DNA of 64,000 bases from Pseudomonadota bacterium (GTDB taxonomy: Bacteria; Bdellovibrionota; Bdellovibrionia; Bdellovibrionales; Bdellovibrionaceae). Shown in pieces: positions 57,441 through 64,000 of the stretch. How positions within the stretch are numbered: the first letter of the stretch is position 1; every line of letters begins with the position of its first letter. A model generated the notes under the pieces. That model had not been told where the DNA came from and made no database searches. It was given only the letters and a program-made list of their open reading frames with translations. The stretch is from positions 1-64,000 of the forward strand of contig JBEGVH010000020.1 in NCBI GenBank assembly GCA_041178425.1, written 5' to 3'. Made by a program: the position numbers and the translations under genes.

Positions 57441-58339
57441 AAGTTTGCCATGAGTGTTTCCAGGGTGGTGTCTTGATCAAAAAACAAAACATAAGCACTC
57501 ACCATAACGCCGGCAAAAGACCATATACCCATGGTCACGGCGATTCCTAAGTGAAAGAAAAACCCAAAAAATAAAAGCCACGGTCGAACTTTAGGTTTCC
57601 AAACAAGGACCGGAAAGTACACTTCAAAGAATAATGTCATAAACACAAAAACTGCAATCATGAGAGGCCATTGCGACGTCCAGGCCATATCGACTACAGT
57701 GAATTGTCGATTACCCCAAACAGTCCAGAGAGAAGTTCCATCCCACCAACTCGTTCCCTTGAGCTTTTGAAGGCCTGTGTATCCATAGATCACACACAAA
57801 TGTAATTGCACCATGCGGGCACCAGCACTACTAAGAAAATCACATTTGATATTGCTCATTCGCTCACGATCAAAATAGTTCAGCACGCTAAAATAAGCGT
57901 TATGGCGAGTCCACGAGAGATAAAACAACCACATGGCCCCAATCAGATCAGCGCCGTAAGCGACAAAATAATTTCTTTGAACAAACCCCAAACAGAGAAG
58001 CCACGTGATCAACGTCCATAGCCGGCCTCCGATTCCGAGAACTAATCCAAAAAGTAATACTACAAGAATCGCGTGAATATAAGGAACCCATGAGTCGGGC
58101 CAAACGAAAACGCTAAAGAGGGGGCGATAAAATTCTGGCATCAAGTTGAGCGCCTGCTGTTTTAAAACCATACCCTGAGAGTTAGTGTAATAAAAACTGA
58201 CCTCTAGTTGTCGCCAACAGTACAAGCCAAACAGGGCTGAAGCCACGATTAATCTCATCAGGCCTAAATGATAAAGCGATCGAGGTGCGAAGAAGAAGTT
58301 TTGCACCGAATCCCAAACAGCAGTAATTCTCTTGATCAT
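57422..58339 (-). CDS. HTTM-domain membrane protein (SdpB-like)
   Basis: LGLMR, QRN...YGAD, QLHLCVIYGYTGLQKL.GTSWWDG, FFFHLGI...MG...F. Confidence 0.82.
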   Translation of the reverse strand: MIKRITAVWDSVQNFFFAPRSLYHLGLMRLIVASALFGLYCWRQLEVSFYYTNSQGMVLKQQALNLMPEFYRPLFSVFVWPDSWVPYIHAILVVLLFGLVLGIGGRLWTLITWLLCLGFVQRNYFVAYGADLIGAMWLFYLSWTRHNAYFSVLNYFDRERMSNIKCDFLSSAGARMVQLHLCVIYGYTGLQKLKGTSWWDGTSLWTVWGNRQFTVVDMAWTSQWPLMIAVFVFMTLFFEVYFPVLVWKPKVRPWLLFFGFFFHLGIAVTMGIWSFAGVMVSAYVLFFDQDTTLETLMANFQRGSR

Positions 58340-58863
58340 GTGTTCACCTCACTGCAGTTGGCCTCAACGGGATAGGCTTCCATTCGATTGTGTTCGAGCG
58401 ACCAGTCAATCATTCGAGCCTTTTCAAGTGGCGGGACCAACTCTGTTACCTGTCGAACTCTCACTCGATTGGCCTCTGGGTATTGTCGACAAAGGTAACC
58501 AATAAAGGCTTGCTCGACGCTGGTTCGAGTGAGCGCAAAAAAACGAACCGCATTCTTTAATCGAATTTTATTTGGGTGAAGTGTTCTTTCTGTGCGCCAT
58601 TCCGGAAAAAAACCTTCAACCGGAGCCCGCTTCTCCTCCCCATCTTCGGTTTCAAAATACACGGAATAATCAAAGTAAAAGGCTTGAGGTGGATCGGGTG
58701 AAAAAAACTCCCAAGTGGCATTCATCCCCAAGGTATTCGCGTAGGGAGCAATCAAATCTCCCCAACGGCGACCCAGAATAGAACCCGAATTGGGCATCAA
58801 AACAATAACAGCAAGGTGGTACAGCAAAAAGAGAGTAAAAAGGTTGATCGCCCATTTTTTCAT
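58336..58863 (-). CDS. HTTM partner protein (SdpA/DUF5819-like)
   Basis: N-terminal TM, 'LGMNATWEFFSPDP' motif, paired Cys; overlaps the HTTM gene start. Confidence 0.62.
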   Translation of the reverse strand: MKKWAINLFTLFLLYHLAVIVLMPNSGSILGRRWGDLIAPYANTLGMNATWEFFSPDPPQAFYFDYSVYFETEDGEEKRAPVEGFFPEWRTERTLHPNKIRLKNAVRFFALTRTSVEQAFIGYLCRQYPEANRVRVRQVTELVPPLEKARMIDWSLEHNRMEAYPVEANCSEVNT

Positions 58864-58975
58864 AGAATCCATCCTTGTCGAAGGCTCTAACATCCGGTCA
58901 GAGCTTTTACGTCACTATCAAATGTCCCTTCTATAAGTCAGAACTTCATTTAGAAGGGATCACTTACTCGAACCT

Positions 58976-60379
58976 CTAAACAATCTCCTCGTCGATATCA
59001 GCGATATCATTATCTTCGAGACGTTGAGCAAAGTCTAAGTCGTCTTGAGCAGATTCAGCATCCCAAGCTTGCAGTGCCGCTTCGAGTTCTGCTGATTCAT
59101 CAAGGGCTCCAGTTGGGGCCGCGGCAACTTCGGTTGCCGGTACGTCTACGTCTCCCTCTGGAGCGGCAACCACTTGTGCTAGCTGCTCATCATATTTTTT
59201 TAGCCAGTTCACATCGCGAGTCGAAACAGTTTCACCCACCGCGAGTGCTTCTCGCAGATTACGAGCTTTTTCTTCGTCGCGCGCTAGCTTTTGACGGATT
59301 TTTTCTTTTTCAAAAAACTCTGAAGAGGTCTCAATCTTTTCAAGCTGATCAGTAATCCGAGTGAGTTCTTCTTCTCCCTCAGAGTAACTTGAACCGATTT
59401 TTTCAGAAAGACCATCTGTGATATCGGCTAACTTTGGCTTTTGCTCTTCATCACCAATACCCTCAGGCAAGAGCTCATCAATTTGCGATAAAGTCGGCAA
59501 CTCTTTCAAATTACGAAGACCAAAAATCTCCAAGAACTTTCTCGTTGTCGCATATTGCATGGGTTTACCGGGTAGATCGCTCTTACCAGCAAAAAGAACC
59601 AAGTTTTTTTCCATCAGAGCACGGAGTAAATGCCCAGACTCCACACCGCGAATTTCGTCGATTTCAGCCTTAACGACAGGTTGCTTATAAGCAACGATAG
59701 CTAAAACTTCGAGAGCCGGACCCGATACCTTAAAGGCTTTAGCCTTAAACGATCGGCGCATAAATTCCATATTATCGATCTTCGTGCGAAGTTGATAACC
59801 ACTACCAACCTCTTCAAGCGTAACACCTCGTCTTCCACCAGCATATTCAACTTGAAGCGATTCGATCGCTCTTTTAAGGCGAGCATTGGAAACATTAGTT
59901 CCTTTAAAAATCTGTTTGAGCGTTGCTAGCGATACCGGACGATCGGTCGCAAAAAGAACACTTTCGATAATTGATTCCAACTGACTCTCTTCAACAAATT
60001 CCAATTCCTCGATCGACGCTGAATCAAAGCCCTCAAGCTCGGTGCCCTCTAATTCAGAGCTCACATCTTTGGTTTCGAGAGAATCAATGGTTTCTCCGTC
60101 GAGAGACGCAAAAAGATTTTCCTCGTCAAACGAAATATCTTCACCAACGACTATGTTTTCGATCTCCTGAAGATCTTCTTCAGTCAAAAGGGCCATTGAA
60201 GTTTGAATCTCTTCTACTTCATCGCTTTCAAAAACTTTGGCTTTTTCCGCGCCCACAGGGGATTCGTCAGTTTCAGAGTCGAATTCAAACAAACTCGATT
60301 TTGCCGCATCGATGAGGTTTGATAAATCTGCATTCACCGCCGCGTCTTCAGCTATTTTTGGAGTTTTCTTTTTTGCCAT
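58976..60379 (-). CDS. scpB: SMC-ScpAB subunit ScpB with long acidic extensions
   Basis: IESVLFA, GYQLRT, LEVLAIVAYKQPV, IRGV, YATTRKFLEIFGL..L.ELP. Confidence 0.92.
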   Translation of the reverse strand: MAKKKTPKIAEDAAVNADLSNLIDAAKSSLFEFDSETDESPVGAEKAKVFESDEVEEIQTSMALLTEEDLQEIENIVVGEDISFDEENLFASLDGETIDSLETKDVSSELEGTELEGFDSASIEELEFVEESQLESIIESVLFATDRPVSLATLKQIFKGTNVSNARLKRAIESLQVEYAGGRRGVTLEEVGSGYQLRTKIDNMEFMRRSFKAKAFKVSGPALEVLAIVAYKQPVVKAEIDEIRGVESGHLLRALMEKNLVLFAGKSDLPGKPMQYATTRKFLEIFGLRNLKELPTLSQIDELLPEGIGDEEQKPKLADITDGLSEKIGSSYSEGEEELTRITDQLEKIETSSEFFEKEKIRQKLARDEEKARNLREALAVGETVSTRDVNWLKKYDEQLAQVVAAPEGDVDVPATEVAAAPTGALDESAELEAALQAWDAESAQDDLDFAQRLEDNDIADIDEEIV

Positions 60380-60381
60380 AA

Positions 60382-61401
60382 TTAAACTTGCCCCTCTTCG
60401 CCCTGATCAAGGGATTCAACGATCACAGGAGTTTCCTTTAGTATTTCGTTTTCAAACGCTGCCAATTCTGATTCGGCCGCAAGAATCTCTTCGTCAGAAG
60501 CCATTTCTTCTGCCCCCAGCGACAAATCATCGCCTCCGAGATTAGCCAGTTCTGTTTCTTCGGCCAAAGGCAGCTCCAATTGAGCATCGGCCTCGGCTTG
60601 TTGAAACATACGCTCTGCCGCCTCTTCCGATTTGAGACCGTCAAATTCCTCTACTCGAGAGATCACGTCGCTCGCGATGTCTTTTTTAGTATCAACATAA
60701 ACATCACCGTATGTTTCTGCTTGATAGAGTGTCACAAAACCCATTTTTCCTAATTCAAGCAGAGATAAAAAGGTAATCAAAACCTGACGGGTTTTATCGT
60801 CTGTAATTGATAGCAACTCTCTCAAAGTGATTCGTTGCCCTGGAATCAAACGGTCTTTGATTTCAAGAATCCGCTGAGCAATAGACTGAGCTTTATGGGC
60901 GACACGATGGATCTTCTTTTGAAAAGACCTAAGTGCCCGACGATAACTGGCAATCAATGAAAAGAGGGCGTTTTCTTCGAGGAGAATTTCGTCGTCTTGA
61001 GGCTTGATGGTCTCTTTAGAACCACGCAACCAAATATCACGACCCACCATTGGACGTTCGTTAAGATTTTTGGCAGCCTCTTGGAATTTTTGATACTCAA
61101 GCAGGCGTTGAACGAGCTCTTTACGAGGATCTACGTTCTCGATAACCTCACCTTGGTCATTGTATTGAGGTAACAGCATACGGCTCTTAATATGAATGAG
61201 CGTAGAGGCCATAGAAATAAACTCTCCCGCCACCTCTAAATCGAGTTCACGCATTCTCTTGATATACTCAAGGTACTGATGGGTGATTTCGTGGATCTTG
61301 ATATCAAAAATATCCATTTCCTCTTTACGAATAAGGTACAAGAGGAGATCCAACGGACCTTCAAATTTAGGCAATGTCACCGTTAACTGATTCAAAACCA
61401 A
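60382..61401 (-). CDS. scpA: Kleisin ScpA
   Basis: FEGPLDLLLYLI, MASTLIHIKSRMLLP, TFLSLLEL. Confidence 0.93.
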   Translation of the reverse strand: MVLNQLTVTLPKFEGPLDLLLYLIRKEEMDIFDIKIHEITHQYLEYIKRMRELDLEVAGEFISMASTLIHIKSRMLLPQYNDQGEVIENVDPRKELVQRLLEYQKFQEAAKNLNERPMVGRDIWLRGSKETIKPQDDEILLEENALFSLIASYRRALRSFQKKIHRVAHKAQSIAQRILEIKDRLIPGQRITLRELLSITDDKTRQVLITFLSLLELGKMGFVTLYQAETYGDVYVDTKKDIASDVISRVEEFDGLKSEEAAERMFQQAEADAQLELPLAEETELANLGGDDLSLGAEEMASDEEILAAESELAAFENEILKETPVIVESLDQGEEGQV

Positions 61402-62444
61402 AGTCCCCCAAGTGAATGAAACTTCATGCGGTCACGAACCTCTTTGAGAGTTTTCTGAGCTTCGCTTCGCGCCTGGGCGCATCCCGCGTTTATGATTGAA
61501 TCAAGCTGTTTTGGATTATTCAACAACTCTTTTCTTCTTTCTCGGGCAGGAGCGATCAAGTGATTGATATTCTCAAAAAGCTTTGCTTTGCAGTCCCCGC
61601 AGCCGATTCCGGCCGATCGACAACCCACCGTAACCCAGGCTCGATCTTCTTCGGTGGAAAATAATTTATGATAGTTAAAGAGGTTGCAGCGATCAGGTTC
61701 ACCTGGGTCTTCTCGGCGAATTCGCTGAGTGTCAGTAATCATTGCGTTCACTTTTTTCTTGAGGTCTTTTTCCTCTTCCGAAAGTAACACTGAGTTATTA
61801 TACGACTTCGACATCTTTCGACCATCAAGGCCGGGAACTAGAGGCGTTTCTGTGAGAAGCGGCTGCGGCTCGGGCAAACGAGCTTTATAGAGATGATTGA
61901 AACGGCGAATAATTTCGCGCGTCAATTCTAGGTGCGAAACTTGATCCGCCCCCACTGGCACCAGCGACGCACGATACATTGCCACGTCGGCCGCCTGCAA
62001 AACAGGATAAGCAAAACGACCGAGATTGTGCGTATCGGTTTGTTTGGCCTCTTCAATCGCGTCTTTCCAGGTGGGAACCCTCTCCAACCACCCCATCGGA
62101 GTGAGATTGGCAAAAATCATAAAAAGCTCTAAGTGCTCAGGCACCCGACTCTGAATAAAAATGACTGATTTTTCTGGATTCAATCCCCAAGCTATCCAAT
62201 CAGCCAGCATATCGCGCATCCAAGGATCAACCTCTTTTGTCGTTTTGTAGGCCGACGTCATTCCGTGCCAATCCATCATTCCAAAATAACAAGGATGCTC
62301 TTCTTGAAGTTTAAGCCAATTTTTTAACGCACCAAAATAATGGCCAATATGAAGAGTCCCCGTTACACGCATCCCGCTCATCACGCGGCGTGGGGGCTTC
62401 GGAGCCTCTGGGGCGGATTTGGAATTTTGATCTAAAGCATCCAT
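61392..62444 (-). CDS. trpS: Tryptophan--tRNA ligase
   Basis: HIGH, YPVLQAAD, VPVGADQ, KMSKS. Confidence 0.96.
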   Translation of the reverse strand: MDALDQNSKSAPEAPKPPRRVMSGMRVTGTLHIGHYFGALKNWLKLQEEHPCYFGMMDWHGMTSAYKTTKEVDPWMRDMLADWIAWGLNPEKSVIFIQSRVPEHLELFMIFANLTPMGWLERVPTWKDAIEEAKQTDTHNLGRFAYPVLQAADVAMYRASLVPVGADQVSHLELTREIIRRFNHLYKARLPEPQPLLTETPLVPGLDGRKMSKSYNNSVLLSEEEKDLKKKVNAMITDTQRIRREDPGEPDRCNLFNYHKLFSTEEDRAWVTVGCRSAGIGCGDCKAKLFENINHLIAPARERRKELLNNPKQLDSIINAGCAQARSEAQKTLKEVRDRMKFHSLGGLWF

Positions 62445-63097
62445 AGGGCTCCCGATAAATCTAAGAGTAAGTTAAAGAGAAATTGAATTGGAGCTTGAAA
62501 AATAAAAGCCATTCGCGTCTGCAACATGATCATCAACATGATAAACAACATGAATTGATTCTCTTCTAGCCAACGATCCCAGGCGTCCGGAATAAAACGG
62601 GCTATTATTTTACCCCCATCGAGAGGGTGCAAAGGGAGTGCATTGAAAACGGCCAAGCTAAGGTTAGTAAAAATAAAAATTTGACCCAAATCGGAGAGTG
62701 TTTTTCTCATAGGGGAACCACCGAAGTACTTGGCAACAAACCCCAAGAGAATGGCCATTACAAATGCGAGCAAAATATTTGACGCAGGCCCTGCCAAAGC
62801 AATCCAAAAAAGATCTTTTTTAGGATTCTTCAGGTTGCGCTCGTTAATAGGAACGGGATTAGCCCAACCAAAAAAGAAGCCCGTGATAACTCCGATGATT
62901 GGAAAGATCACCGTGCCAAGCAAATCCCCATGAGCAAAGGGATTGAGAGTAATTCGACCTGCCAATTCGGCCGTCCGATCACCTTTCCATTTGGCCATTA
63001 ATCCATGCGCCAATTCATGAAAACAGATCGAGAAAAGAAAGATTGGAAAGAAAGCTGCCACTTTCGTAATCATAAACTGAAGATCCATACCCTGCAT
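62432..63097 (-). CDS. Site-2 protease (M50 zinc metalloprotease)
   Basis: HELAH, GRITLNP, AGPASN, FNALPLHPLDG. Confidence 0.93.
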   Translation of the reverse strand: MQGMDLQFMITKVAAFFPIFLFSICFHELAHGLMAKWKGDRTAELAGRITLNPFAHGDLLGTVIFPIIGVITGFFFGWANPVPINERNLKNPKKDLFWIALAGPASNILLAFVMAILLGFVAKYFGGSPMRKTLSDLGQIFIFTNLSLAVFNALPLHPLDGGKIIARFIPDAWDRWLEENQFMLFIMLMIMLQTRMAFIFQAPIQFLFNLLLDLSGALWML

Positions 63098-63269
63098 GAA
63101 CAGTCCCCTCTTCGTCTCGCAGTCACTTCTTCAAACGGTATTTTGTTGAATCAGTGCAAACCTTATTTTAGAAAAAATGTGTGTTTAAACCTTTTTCGAC
63201 CTAAATTTAATCGAAAAGCACGAAAGAGGCCTTAAAAACTTAATAACAACCTTATAATAAGGAGAAACT

Positions 63270-64000
63270 ATGGAGCACCGCCCCGCTTTAACAATGTTGA
63301 GTGAAGATGAAGTGGCTTTTAAAGAAGCAGTTCGTTCTTTTGCCGAAGCCGAAATCAAACCTTTGGTTTCTAAAATGGACGAAGAAGCTGCGATGAGCCC
63401 TGATGTTGTAAAAAAGCTTTTTGAAATGGGCCTTATGGGAATCGAAACTCCCGAAGCTTACGGCGGTGCAGGAAGTACCTTCACAATGGCCTGTTTGGCC
63501 GTTGAAGAGATTGGCCGTATCGATGGTTCTGTGAGCGTTCTTCTTGATGTGCAAAACACCTTGGTTACCAACGCCTTTTTAAAATGGGGTAACGAAGATC
63601 AAAAGAAAAAGTATTTACCAAAAATGGCAACGGAATGGGTTGGCGCCTATGCTCTTTCTGAAAGCTCGAGCGGTTCTGATGCTTTTGCCCTTAAACTAAA
63701 GGCCGAACTGAAAGGCGACAAATACGTTTTAAATGGCAACAAGCTTTGGATCACCAATGGTAAAGAAGCCAATATTTTTATCGTTTTTGCTAATGTTGAT
63801 TTTGGCAAAGGCTACAAAGGAATCACAGCGTTTCTCGTAGAGAAATCATTCCCTGGTTTCAAAGTCGGTAAAAAAGAAGACAAACTCGGTATCCGCGCAA
63901 GCTCAACTTGCGAATTACTTTTTGAAAACTGCGAAGTGCCAGTTGCTAATGTTCTTGGCGAAGTAGGCAAAGGCTACAAAATTGCCATCGAAACTCTTAA
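63270..64000 (+). CDS. Acyl-CoA dehydrogenase, short/branched-chain-like (3'-partial; absent from the ORF track)
   Basis: AAGGAG plus ATG 63270. Translation gives PEAYGGAG, ALSESSSGSD, LNGNKLWITNG, KLGIRASSTC and GEVGKGYK; runs off the window. Confidence 0.93.
   Translation, partial: MEHRPALTMLSEDEVAFKEAVRSFAEAEIKPLVSKMDEEAAMSPDVVKKLFEMGLMGIETPEAYGGAGSTFTMACLAVEEIGRIDGSVSVLLDVQNTLVTNAFLKWGNEDQKKKYLPKMATEWVGAYALSESSSGSDAFALKLKAELKGDKYVLNGNKLWITNGKEANIFIVFANVDFGKGYKGITAFLVEKSFPGFKVGKKEDKLGIRASSTCELLFENCEVPVANVLGEVGKGYKIAIETL

Overview
Chromosomal window from a bacterium of moderately low GC content. The gene content points to a predatory Bdellovibrionota (inference): an Agl-Glt-type gliding cluster, a Peptidase_S74 fibre protein with a Sec signal peptide, an orphan MreB paralogue, upp/hpt salvage genes, and many sigma28-like promoters. 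Housekeeping genes include rsmH-ftsL-ftsI, upp, hpt, RNase P RNA, mrp, ABC transporters, a site-2 protease-trpS-scpA-scpB operon and an acyl-CoA dehydrogenase. I found no integrase, transposase, tRNA, rRNA or CRISPR array. The best candidate for an undescribed system is 14653-19221. It holds two divergently transcribed paralogous pilin-like genes ending in a near-identical Cys-containing tag (FCA[IL]SESCNVNKNYRWP), followed by a separately secreted Cys-rich protein with a phage-tail-fibre S74 auto-chaperone and a 14-Cys small secreted protein. This could be a pilus-displayed fibre adhesin. Other notable items: a GP42-like transglutaminase lipoprotein paired with a Gln-rich secreted protein; a hemolysin-III gene that appears to start at ATT; an Mrp lacking its CxxC; a gliding motor subunit lacking the conserved Asp; a 5'-truncated gene next to an AT-rich lipoprotein cassette; a 22-bp-period palindromic array; and a GTCTCA-N3-TGAGAC-like motif near sigma28 promoters. 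All calls are by eye; no database searches were run.
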